NCBI GenBank assembly: GCA_035544735.1
Contig: DATKCD010000035.1
Span: 31,854-95,853 of the forward strand
Source: Thermoanaerobaculia bacterium
Lineage (GTDB): Bacteria > Acidobacteriota > Thermoanaerobaculia > Gp7-AA8
Direction: 5' to 3'
Length of the DNA: 64,000 nt
The position numbers were made by a program, and so were the translations under genes. The notes beneath the pieces were generated by a model that saw only the letters and a program-made list of their open reading frames with translations, did not search any database and was not told the DNA's origin. Positions 27,266 through 35,742 of the stretch are shown here, in pieces; within the stretch, counting starts at the first letter, position 1, and every line of letters starts with the position of its first letter.

Positions 27266-28572
27266 CCGCTTCGACCAGCGAGAAAGCGTTCTTCATCGAG
27301 ACCTGGGGCTGCCAGATGAACGACCTCGATTCGCAGCGCCTCGCGGGACAGCTCCGGCTCCGCGGCTGGCGACGCGTCGAGGATGCCTCCCGGGCGAGCC
27401 TGATTCTGCTCAATACCTGCAGCATCCGGGACAAGTCCGAGAACAAGGTCTTCAGCCGGCTCGGCGAGCTCCGCGGGGTCGGGCGGTCCGGCGTGAGAGT
27501 CGGCGTCGCCGGCTGCGTCGCGCAGCAGGAAGGAGAAGCCATCCTCGCCCGCGCCCCCTGGGTCGACTTCGTCATGGGTCCGGGTAACGTCGGCGCCCTC
27601 GATCAGCTCCTCGACGGGACGCGGAAGGTCGCGGTCGACTTTCCCGCCGACAGGCGATACGACTATCTCTCGATCGACCGCCCCTCCCGCGTGCGCGCTC
27701 AGGTCACGATCATCGAAGGGTGCAACAAGAACTGTACCTTCTGCATCGTTCCGACCACGCGCGGCCGCGAGGTCTCGCGCCCGATGCGGGAGATCGTCGG
27801 CGAGATCCGCTGGGAGCTGCGGCAGGGGAGGGCCGAGGTCGAGCTGCTGGGACAGACCGTCAATGCCTACCGCTGCCCCGAGAGCGGAACCGACTTCGCC
27901 GGCCTGCTCGAGACGATCGCCCGCCTTCCCGGGCTGCTCCGCCTCCGGTTCGTCACCTCCCACCCCGCCGAGGTGACCGACCGCCTCATCGAGGTGATGC
28001 GGGACTACCCGGTGATCTGCCGTTACCTCCATCTTCCCGTCCAGTCGGGCTCCTCGCGCGTGCTGCGCCGGATGAAGCGCCTCTACACCCGGGAGCAGTA
28101 TCTCGACGTGATCGAGCGCATCCGGACGGCCATCCCCGGGATGAACTTCTCGACCGACATCATCGTCGGATTCCCGGGAGAGACCGAGGAGGATTTCGAG
28201 CAGACGCTGAGCCTGGTCGAGAAGGTCGGATACGGATCACTCTTCGGCTTCCTCTACTCGCCGCGGCCGGGAACGCCGGCGCCGCGGCTCGGGCCCCCCG
28301 TCGAGCACGGCGTCGCCGCGGCGCGACTCGGGCGGCTGTTCGCTCTGCAGGAGCGATTCGAGCGGAGGACGCTCCGGAGCTGGGTCGGCCGGATCGTCCC
28401 GGTGCTGTACGAGGGGTCGAGCGCGAAGAGTCCGGAGGTCCTGGCCGGCAAAACAGAGCACAACTGGACCGTGAACTTCACGAGCGCCCGTCCCGCTTCG
28501 ATCGGGGAGCTCGTTCCCGTGCGGATCGATCACGCGCTTCATCACTCGTTGCGAGGGGAGGCCGTCGCGTGA
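27262..28572 (+). CDS. miaB: tRNA-2-methylthio-N6-dimethylallyladenosine synthase
   Basis: The MTTase N-domain WGCQMN, the radical-SAM motif CNKNCTFCIVP and a TRAM domain are present. Confidence 0.9.
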   Translation: MTASTSEKAFFIETWGCQMNDLDSQRLAGQLRLRGWRRVEDASRASLILLNTCSIRDKSENKVFSRLGELRGVGRSGVRVGVAGCVAQQEGEAILARAPWVDFVMGPGNVGALDQLLDGTRKVAVDFPADRRYDYLSIDRPSRVRAQVTIIEGCNKNCTFCIVPTTRGREVSRPMREIVGEIRWELRQGRAEVELLGQTVNAYRCPESGTDFAGLLETIARLPGLLRLRFVTSHPAEVTDRLIEVMRDYPVICRYLHLPVQSGSSRVLRRMKRLYTREQYLDVIERIRTAIPGMNFSTDIIVGFPGETEEDFEQTLSLVEKVGYGSLFGFLYSPRPGTPAPRLGPPVEHGVAAARLGRLFALQERFERRTLRSWVGRIVPVLYEGSSAKSPEVLAGKTEHNWTVNFTSARPASIGELVPVRIDHALHHSLRGEAVA

Positions 28573-29054
28573 GCACTCTGATTCCGATGACCATCAAGGG
28601 GCTGATGCTCGACCCGGTCTCCAATTCTCCCATCGTCGTCCTCAAGGACGGCGAGGAGAAGGTCTTCCTGCCGATCTGGGTCGGCGTGTTCGAGGCCAAT
28701 GCCATCGCCCTCCAGCTCGAGAACATCGACACCCCGCGGCCGATGACCCACGACCTGCTCCGGAACGTGATCTCCACGGTCGAGGGAACCGTGGAGCGGA
28801 TCGTCATCAGCGAGCTCCGCGAGTCGACCTTCTACGCCCTGATCCTCATGACCGTCGGAGGGAAGAGCCTCGAGATCGATGCCCGTCCCAGCGATGCGAT
28901 CGCCCTCGCACTCCGCACCGCCTCGCCGATCTTCGTCGAGCAGGCGGTCCTCGAACAGGCTCAGACCATCGTCCCCGAAGAGGACACCGACGACCGGCTT
29001 CGGAAGTGGTTCGAGAGCGTCAGCCCCGAGGACCTCGGAAAATACAAGATGTAG
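28569..29054 (+). CDS. Bifunctional nuclease domain (BFN/DUF151) protein
   Basis: The motifs VVLKDGEEKVFLPIWVG..EA.AIA and ARPSDAIALALR are present. A GTG start overlaps the miaB stop (GTGA); the alternative start is the ATG at 28587. Confidence 0.7.
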   Translation: MSTLIPMTIKGLMLDPVSNSPIVVLKDGEEKVFLPIWVGVFEANAIALQLENIDTPRPMTHDLLRNVISTVEGTVERIVISELRESTFYALILMTVGGKSLEIDARPSDAIALALRTASPIFVEQAVLEQAQTIVPEEDTDDRLRKWFESVSPEDLGKYKM

Positions 29055-29056
29055 GG

Positions 29057-29285
29057 GCGTCTTGGGCGTCTAGGGCGTCCTGGGCGTCTGGAGCGTCTGG
29101 AGCGTCTGGAGCGTCTGGAGCGTCTGGAGCGTCTGGAGCGTCTTGGGCGTCTGGGCTGTGCCAGCCGCGGTTTCCGCCGGATGAGAGCAAACGTCGAACC
29201 GCCGAAGAAGACTTCAGCGAAAGATGACGCCCCAGGCACACCGGACGCTCCAGACCCTCCAGACGCTCAAGACGCTCAAGACGCT
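29057..29285. repeat. Inverted tandem 9-bp repeat array, locus A: 11 units of GCGTCTGGA-like (29057-29155), an 85-bp spacer, then 5 units of the complement CCAGACGCT-like (29241-29285)
   Basis: Counted directly. The forward-unit variants TTGG/TAGG/CTGG/TGGA/TGGG have matching complementary variants in the reverse array. The locus fills the whole interval between the BFN stop (29054) and the parA start (29305). ORFs translating it (RRSRRS or ASGASG periodic peptides) are rejected. Confidence 0.9.
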
Positions 29286-29304
29286 GTAGAATCGGACTCA
29301 CGGA

Positions 29305-30060
29305 ATGATCATCACCGTCGCGAACCAGAAGGGCGGAGTGGGAAAGACCACGACCGCGATCAATCTCGCCGCAGCCGTCGCCAACAAGGGGTTCAAGACC
29401 CTCCTGATCGATCTCGATCCCCAGTCGAACTCCACGATGAGCTACGTGGACGTCCGCTCGATCGAGAGGTCGATGTTCGACGTGCTGGTCTCCGAGGAGC
29501 TCGGATTGAGGGAGGTCATCATTCCGACGTCGGTGGAGAACCTCCATCTGGCTCCCTCCCGGATCGCCCTCGCGAAGCTCGAGTCCAAGCTGATCGGCGA
29601 GATGGACGGTCATTACCGCCTCAAGGATCGCCTCGGCGACGTGGGGAGCGAGTACGACTACGTCTTCATCGACACCCCACCGACGCTCGGCATGATCACC
29701 GTCAACGCCATGGTCGCGTCGACCCACGTCCTGGTGCCGATCCAGTCGTCCTATTTCGCTCTCGAAGGGACGGACGACCTGCTCGAGACCATCGACAAGA
29801 TCAAGTCCAGGCCGAACCCGAATCTGCAGCTTCTCGGCGTCGTGATCACCATGCACGACAAGCGGACGACTCTGGCCAAGGACATTCACGACCAGATCCG
29901 GGAGGTGTTCGGCGACCGCCTCTTCCAGACGATGATCACCAAGTCGATCCGACTCGAAGAGAGCCCGGCGTACAAGGAGTCGATCTTCACGTTCGCGCCA
30001 CGATCGAGCGGCGCGATGGAGTACTACTCGCTCTCCGAGGAGATACTGTCCCGTGTGTAG
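29305..30060 (+). CDS. parA: ParA/Soj-family chromosome partitioning ATPase
   Basis: The deviant Walker A motif NQKGGVGKTTTAINLAAA is present, with full-length ParA similarity. Confidence 0.9.
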   Translation: MIITVANQKGGVGKTTTAINLAAAVANKGFKTLLIDLDPQSNSTMSYVDVRSIERSMFDVLVSEELGLREVIIPTSVENLHLAPSRIALAKLESKLIGEMDGHYRLKDRLGDVGSEYDYVFIDTPPTLGMITVNAMVASTHVLVPIQSSYFALEGTDDLLETIDKIKSRPNPNLQLLGVVITMHDKRTTLAKDIHDQIREVFGDRLFQTMITKSIRLEESPAYKESIFTFAPRSSGAMEYYSLSEEILSRV

Positions 30061-30120
30061 CGCGGGTGGATGGACCGACCCGCGGGTCTCTCCGCGGTCC
30101 GAGGCTGGAGCTCGAAGACG

Positions 30121-30945
30121 ATGAAACGTGGACTTCCCGAACGCGCACGCATGCGACACGACGCCCACTTCGTCGACGAGCTCGCCAAACGATCCTCCGC
30201 CCACGTCGGATCGATGATCCCGCTCTCGCTCATCGAGCCCAATCCCGAGCAGCCGCGAACCAACATCGGGAACCTCGACGAGCTCACCGCATCGATCCGC
30301 GAGAAGGGGGTGCTCGAGCCGATCCTGGTCCGCCAGCTCGGCCCCGGCCGCTACCAGATCATCTCCGGAGAACGCCGCTTCCGCGCCGCCACCGCCGCCG
30401 GCCTCGAAGAGATCCCCGCCATCGAGTTCGACGCCGACGACCGCGAAGCCCTCGAGATCGCCCTGATCGAGAACATCCAGCGGAAGGACCTCACCCCCTT
30501 CGAAGAAGCCGAAGGGTTCCGGTTCCTCCAGGAGAAATTCGGCTACACCCATGAGAAGATCTCCCAGGTCCTCGGCAAATCCCGCACGACCATCACCGAA
30601 GTCCTCCAGCTCAATGAGATCCCCGACCGGATTCGCGTCCTCTGCCGCGAGGGGGGGATCGCCAGCAAGTCCGTCCTGGTCCAGATCGCCCGGGCGGGGA
30701 GTGAGGAGGCGATGGAGGAGCTGGTCGACCGCTTCTCCCGCGGCGAGATCACCCGCCAGGATGTCCGGAGAGCGACCTCCAGGAGGGTCGAGCCGAAGAA
30801 GGCCGGCCGCCCCCGGAACTACCGCTTCGATCTGAAGGACCGGAGCCTGCCGTTCACCCTCAGCCTCCGCTTCCGGAAGTCGGAAGTCGACAAGAAGGAA
30901 GTCATCGCCGCCCTCCGCGCGGTCATCGAGCGACTCGAGAAGTAG
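30121..30945 (+). CDS. parB: ParB/Spo0J-family partitioning protein
   Basis: The ParB-box GERRFRAA and the HTH KSRTTITEVLQL are present. The start may lie earlier, because ORF 30070..30945 begins upstream. Confidence 0.85.
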   Translation: MKRGLPERARMRHDAHFVDELAKRSSAHVGSMIPLSLIEPNPEQPRTNIGNLDELTASIREKGVLEPILVRQLGPGRYQIISGERRFRAATAAGLEEIPAIEFDADDREALEIALIENIQRKDLTPFEEAEGFRFLQEKFGYTHEKISQVLGKSRTTITEVLQLNEIPDRIRVLCREGGIASKSVLVQIARAGSEEAMEELVDRFSRGEITRQDVRRATSRRVEPKKAGRPRNYRFDLKDRSLPFTLSLRFRKSEVDKKEVIAALRAVIERLEK

Positions 30946-31174
30946 GCGTCTCGAGCGTCTAGGGCGTCTGGGGCGTCTGGTGCGTCTGGAGCGTCTGGAG
31001 CGTCTAGGGCGTCTGGAGCGTCTGGAGCGTCTTGGGCGTCTGGAGCGTCTTGGGCGTCTTGGGCGTCCTGAGCGTCGTGGCGGTATGGGGGGGGTGTCCC
31101 CTCGGAGAGTGCCGTGACGGCCCGGACGCCCAAGACGCTCCAGACGCCCAAGACGCCCAAGACGCCCAAGACGC
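30946..31174. repeat. Inverted tandem 9-bp repeat array, locus B: 15 forward units (30946-31080), a 40-bp spacer containing the mini-palindrome GGGGGGGGTGTCCCCTC, then 6 reverse-complement units (31121-31174)
   Basis: Counted directly. The array starts on the first base after the parB stop and ends about 125 bp before lptF-lptG. Confidence 0.9.
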
Positions 31175-31301
31175 GACTTAACATAATCTCTCTTATGAGA
31201 CGCTGCGGAAATCGGGCGGCCGGCAACAAATCTCCCTCGCCGCGCGTTCTTCAACCCATTGCGGCGCGGCCGCTTGCGGCTGATCCGCCCGCTCGGCACC
31301 G

Positions 31302-33632
31302 ATGCGCATCCTGACCCGTTACGTCCTCCGCGAGCTTCTCCCGCCGACCCTGCTCGGGTTCGGCTTCTACACCTTCATCATCCTGATGAAGAACCTGTTC
31401 GACTTCGCGGAGATGATCATCAAACGGTCGCTGCCGTTCTCGATCGTCCTCGAGCTGCTCGCCCTGGCGCTCCCGCACATCGTCGTGCTGACGATCCCGA
31501 TGTCGCTGCTGGTGGGGATCCTCATCGCCATCGGCCGGCTCTCGGCCGACTCCGAGATCATCGCCATGCAGTCGGCGGGTCAGTCGCCGGCGGCGATCTA
31601 CCGGCCGGTCTTCTACTTCTCCGTCGCGGTGTTCCTCGTCAATCTCGTCCTGATGATCTGGGTTCTTCCGTGGGGCAACGCGGCGCTGCAGAAGCGCCGG
31701 GTCGATCTGCTGACCTCGGCCGTGGAGCGCGAGATCAAGCCTCGGGTTTTCTTCGACGAGTACGAGGACCGGGTGATCTACATCGACGACGTCGAGACGG
31801 CCACGGGACTGTGGAAAGGGATCTTCATCGCCGACACGAGCGATCCCGATCAGCAGCGGATCATCGTGGCGGATGCGGGACGTCTCTCGGTGACGAGCGG
31901 GACGCGGCAGGTCTGGCTGGACCTCGAGGGACCCGAGACGCACGTGCTGTCACCCGACAAACCGGAGCGATACGATCTGAATCGGAACGAGGCGCAGCAG
32001 ATCCTGCTGGACGATCCTTCGCTCGGCGAGCTCGAGACGCGGTCGCTCGCGAAGTCGCTCAAGGAGATGAGCCTGACCGAGCTGCTGGAGCGGCTCCGCC
32101 GCGCCCAGGCCGAGGGTGACGCGCTCGACGAGCGGTTCATCCGGGTGGAGATCCACACCCGGTTCGCGATCCCGTTCGCCTGCATCGCATTCGGCGTGCT
32201 CGGGCTGCCCCTCGGGATCACGAACCGCCGCGGAGGCAGGAGCTCGGGCTTCTCGCTGAGCATCGCGATCATCCTTCTCTACTACATCCTGCTGAACAAC
32301 GGCGAGGATCTGGCGCGCTCGGGCCGGCTCCCTCCAGGGATCTCGATGTGGCTGGCGAACGCGGTTCTGCTGGGGGCCGGACTCTGGCTGCTCGGGAAGA
32401 CGGGGACGGACCGGAGGGCGGGCGGGCTGCGGCGGCTGATCGCTCCCCTGCGCCGGCTGGCGCGATGGAAACGCCCCGCGGACCGGAAAAAGGAGCTCGC
32501 GCGGGACGAGGGATCTCTGCTGCAGCGTCTGGACATTCCGTTCCCGAACACGATCGACCGCTACGTCCTGATCGAGTTCGCCAAGATTCTGGCGCTCGTC
32601 GTGCTCTCGACGGCGGTGTTGTTCGTGGTGGTCGATTACACGGAGATCGCCGGGCACGTGGGCGAGAACGACATCCCCTTCGACGTGGTGGCCTCGTACT
32701 ACCGATATCTGATGCTGCAGATCCTGAGCTGGGTCCTTCCGATCTCGGTTCTCGTCGGGACGCTCATCACGTTCGGGATCCTGTCGAAGAACAACGAGGT
32801 GACGGCGATCAAGGCCAATGGGATCTCGCTGTACCGGATCGCGCTGCCGGTCGTTGCCGTCGCGGCCACGATCAGCGTGGTGTCGTACTTCCTCCACGAC
32901 TTCGTGCTGCCGTACTCGAACCAGCGTGTGGCGGAGCTGCGCGCGCACATTCGCGGAAGGGAGACGGCGAGCGCGTACTCGCCGGAGCAGCAGCGGCAGT
33001 GGGTGTTCGGGAAGGGACGCTACATGTTCAACTTCCTCGGCTACGATCGCTCCTCGCGGACCCTGTCGGAAATCCAGGTCTTCGAGTTCCATCCGAGCGA
33101 GTTTCGCCTCACGCGGCGAGTCTGGGCGGACGAGGCGCGCTTCGACGGCACCGGCTGGGTGTTCCTGAACGGCTGGATGCGCTCGTTCGGAGACGACGGT
33201 GGCTCGTCCTACACGCCGCTCTCGCGTCCGGTCCGGCTGCACTATCCGGAGCGGCCCTCCTGGTTCGAGGTCGAAGCGAAGGCGCCCGACCAGATGACCT
33301 GGGCCGAGCTGCGCCGCTACATCGCCAATCTCAGACGTCTCGGCTACTCCGCCGACGAGCTGACCGTCAGGCTCTGGGAAAAGACGTCATGGCCCTTCAT
33401 CAGCGTGGTCATGGCGCTGATCGCCCTCCCCTTCTCGTTCAGGATGGGAAAGAAGGGGGCGCTCTACGGCATCGGAATCGCGCTCTTTCTCGCGTTCGTC
33501 TACTGGAGCCTGTTCGGCGTGTTCAGCAAGCTGGGCGAGGTCGGCAACCTTCCCGGCATCCTGGCCGCCTGGAGCGCGAACGTCCTGTTCATGATCGCCG
33601 CGCTCTACATGTTCCTCCACGTCGAGACGTGA
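31302..33632 (+). CDS. lptFG: Fused LptF-LptG LPS export permease (two YjgP/YjgQ-family modules in one 776-aa ORF)
   Basis: The N-terminal half has the LptF layout and the second half the LptG layout. The N-terminal half begins MRILTRYVLRELL and has TM helices, a periplasmic domain and C-terminal TM helices. The second half begins about aa 410 at IDRYVLIEF and repeats the same architecture. There is no in-frame stop between the halves. The linker is basic (RRLIAPLRRLARWKRPADRKKELARDEG). Confidence 0.7.
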   Translation: MRILTRYVLRELLPPTLLGFGFYTFIILMKNLFDFAEMIIKRSLPFSIVLELLALALPHIVVLTIPMSLLVGILIAIGRLSADSEIIAMQSAGQSPAAIYRPVFYFSVAVFLVNLVLMIWVLPWGNAALQKRRVDLLTSAVEREIKPRVFFDEYEDRVIYIDDVETATGLWKGIFIADTSDPDQQRIIVADAGRLSVTSGTRQVWLDLEGPETHVLSPDKPERYDLNRNEAQQILLDDPSLGELETRSLAKSLKEMSLTELLERLRRAQAEGDALDERFIRVEIHTRFAIPFACIAFGVLGLPLGITNRRGGRSSGFSLSIAIILLYYILLNNGEDLARSGRLPPGISMWLANAVLLGAGLWLLGKTGTDRRAGGLRRLIAPLRRLARWKRPADRKKELARDEGSLLQRLDIPFPNTIDRYVLIEFAKILALVVLSTAVLFVVVDYTEIAGHVGENDIPFDVVASYYRYLMLQILSWVLPISVLVGTLITFGILSKNNEVTAIKANGISLYRIALPVVAVAATISVVSYFLHDFVLPYSNQRVAELRAHIRGRETASAYSPEQQRQWVFGKGRYMFNFLGYDRSSRTLSEIQVFEFHPSEFRLTRRVWADEARFDGTGWVFLNGWMRSFGDDGGSSYTPLSRPVRLHYPERPSWFEVEAKAPDQMTWAELRRYIANLRRLGYSADELTVRLWEKTSWPFISVVMALIALPFSFRMGKKGALYGIGIALFLAFVYWSLFGVFSKLGEVGNLPGILAAWSANVLFMIAALYMFLHVET

Positions 33633-33633
33633 G

Positions 33634-33848
33634 GCGTCTGGAGCGTCTGGAGCGTCTGGAGCGTCTGGAGCGTCTTGAGCGTCTGGAGCGTCTGGAGCGT
33701 CCGGAGCGTCTCGGCGGTTCGAAGACCGCGAGAGAATCACTCGAGACGCCCGAGACGCCCGAGACGCCCGAGACGCCCGAGACGCTCAAGACGCCCGAGA
33801 CGCTCCAGACGCCCGAGACGCTCCAGACGCTCCAGACGCTCCAGGCGC
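33634..33848. repeat. Inverted tandem 9-bp repeat array, locus C: 9 forward units (33634-33714), a 26-bp spacer, then 12 reverse units, mostly CCGAGACGC/TCCAGACGC (33741-33848)
   Basis: Counted directly. The locus lies between the convergent lptFG stop (33632) and the pckA stop (33854). Confidence 0.9.
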
Positions 33849-33853
33849 CCCGG

Positions 33854-35413
33854 TCAGATCGCTTCGACGATCCGCCGGTCGAGCCCTTCCCATTTGCGGA
33901 GGTACTCCTTCCGCTCGCGGAGGTAGCGCTCGACCAGCTTCTGGTACTCGTCCATCCGCCCCTGGCGCTCGTAGAGCCGTCGCGGCTGGAGATAGTCGGC
34001 GTCGTCGATTCCCGGCACGCGGCTGGCGACTCGATAGCCGAAGTCGGGGTCCGTTTCCCACTCGATGGTCCCTTCCGCGATGGCCTTGACGATCGCCGAG
34101 GAGTGCTGAATCCGGACCTTCTTGGCGCGGTCGTCGTCGTCGCCGCCGCCGATCCGCCCGGTGTTCATCAGGTAGACCTCCATCGGCGAGCTCTCGAACA
34201 GCTCGAGGAAGCGGTTGCCCTGGAGAGCGTGCAGCAGGGGAAAGAAGGGGTTCGTGCCGGGAACGCGGAGGGACTTGCCGGCCTCGGCCGCGCCGCCGGC
34301 GCTCGTTCCTTTCGTCTCACCGAGCATGAAGAACGCGGCCGCCTGAGCTCCCTCGAGCTTCGCGACGGCCGGAATGATGTTGTCGTTGCGGTTGAGGATC
34401 AGGAGGAAGTCGGCCTTGTCGATCCTGCGTGCGTCGTAGCTCCCGGCCACGTCCTGCATCCGGATGACCGCGCGGCCGTTCTTCGTGTAGGACGTATCGA
34501 AATAGTCGATCTTCCCGTCTTCGTCCAGCGAGACGTTCTCGAGATAAGCATGGCGCGAAGCGCAGGCGCGGTAGATCGTCGGCTCGTCCTTCTCGTTGAG
34601 CCCGAAGGTCTTGGCGAAGCAGCCGTTCTCGGTGGCGACGACCTTCCCTCCCGGCATCAGCGCGGCGAAATCGTCCTGCACGGGCGAGGAGTCGTTCTGC
34701 TTGGTGAAGGTCGTGGTCGTCTTGCCGGTCCCCGAGAGGCCGACAATCAGCCCGACCCGGTGTTTGCCGTTCACCGGGATCACCTTGCATCCGGCGTGGA
34801 GCGCGAGTCCGCCGCGCTCGTAGACGATCTTGTTCCACATCCGGAGGCCGCCTTTTTTCGACTCCCCGAAGTAATCGGAGTTGAACACGCGCGTGATCTC
34901 GTTCTCGAGATCGACGGCGATCAGGCGGTCGTCGGGGTATCCGGGCATCGGCAGGTTCGGCGTGTAGACGACCTGGAGCTTCGGCTCGAAGCTTTCGAGC
35001 TCCTCGGGCGTCGCCGGGTAGTAGAGGTGCTGCTGCATCGCCGCGATGTTCGCGTTCCGCTTCTCCATGACGAGTCGAGCCGGGACCCGGTGCTGCGGGT
35101 CGTTCCCGATGAACCCCTCGACGACGATCATCTCCTGGCCGCGGATGTAGTCGTCCTGGAGCTTCGAGATGCGGTCGTACTCGGCGCGGGTGATGGTCTG
35201 GTCGGAGTGGCGGGAAGGATCGTCCGTCGCAATGAACGTCGAGAGCTTGGAGCGGGAGACCACGCGCGTGGCGACGTTGTAGTTGTCGAACTCGGTCTTC
35301 CGCGCATTGGGCATCTGCGCGGTCAGCTCGCGCAGCTCCCGGGGAGAAGGATTCCATAGGACCGATTTCGGCTGGACCGGAAGCGCTTTCGATTCCCGTG
35401 CGATTTCCGTCAT
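33854..35413 (-). CDS. pckA: Phosphoenolpyruvate carboxykinase (ATP)
   Basis: The ATP-type P-loop GLSGTGKTTT, PEPCK motifs and RIGGG are present. The start MTEIARE is chosen within the longer ORF, whose 5' extension is Arg-rich. Confidence 0.85.
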   Translation of the reverse strand: MTEIARESKALPVQPKSVLWNPSPRELRELTAQMPNARKTEFDNYNVATRVVSRSKLSTFIATDDPSRHSDQTITRAEYDRISKLQDDYIRGQEMIVVEGFIGNDPQHRVPARLVMEKRNANIAAMQQHLYYPATPEELESFEPKLQVVYTPNLPMPGYPDDRLIAVDLENEITRVFNSDYFGESKKGGLRMWNKIVYERGGLALHAGCKVIPVNGKHRVGLIVGLSGTGKTTTTFTKQNDSSPVQDDFAALMPGGKVVATENGCFAKTFGLNEKDEPTIYRACASRHAYLENVSLDEDGKIDYFDTSYTKNGRAVIRMQDVAGSYDARRIDKADFLLILNRNDNIIPAVAKLEGAQAAAFFMLGETKGTSAGGAAEAGKSLRVPGTNPFFPLLHALQGNRFLELFESSPMEVYLMNTGRIGGGDDDDRAKKVRIQHSSAIVKAIAEGTIEWETDPDFGYRVASRVPGIDDADYLQPRRLYERQGRMDEYQKLVERYLRERKEYLRKWEGLDRRIVEAI

Positions 35414-35742
35414 GATCTCCCCTTTGCCGTTGCGGACGCGTGGTTTGCGCCGCGCCCTCCGGTTCCGCTCGCGCAGCAGCCTCGCGCGGAGGGCCATGGC
35501 GGCCCTGCAGACGCCGGGTTTCGCCAGTTTATCGATTTTCGGCTCGCGCCGTCCACCCAGGAGAATGCGAAGAGCGTACCTCCGGGCGGGCGCGGGTGCC
35601 GGGCCTCTCCCGCCGGCGGAAGAGCGGCTTCACGGATGAAATCCCCCGCCCGAGTCCGCCGCTTCGCCGGGCCGCCCTCGAGGATCGGATGCCCTCCGAT
35701 GCCCGGCGCGCCCTCCCCTCCCCTGCTACAATTCACGCCGCC

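Noticed and set aside
29057-33848. Possibility that the repeat arrays are CRISPR arrays.
   Set aside because: The unit is only 9 bp with no unique spacers between copies. The arrays are direct tandem repeats paired with inverted copies. No cas genes are present.
28961-33926. ORFs reading through the 9-bp repeat arrays. Examples: 28961..29239(-), 29006..29227(+), 30819..31229(-), 31114..31314(+), 33589..33789(-), 33675..33926(+). They encode periodic RRSRRS, ASGASG, DAPDAQ and PETPET peptides.
   Set aside because: They are translations of 9-bp (3-codon) tandem repeats in both orientations. There are no RBSs, they overlap each other on both strands, and they are extreme low-complexity. They are not genes.
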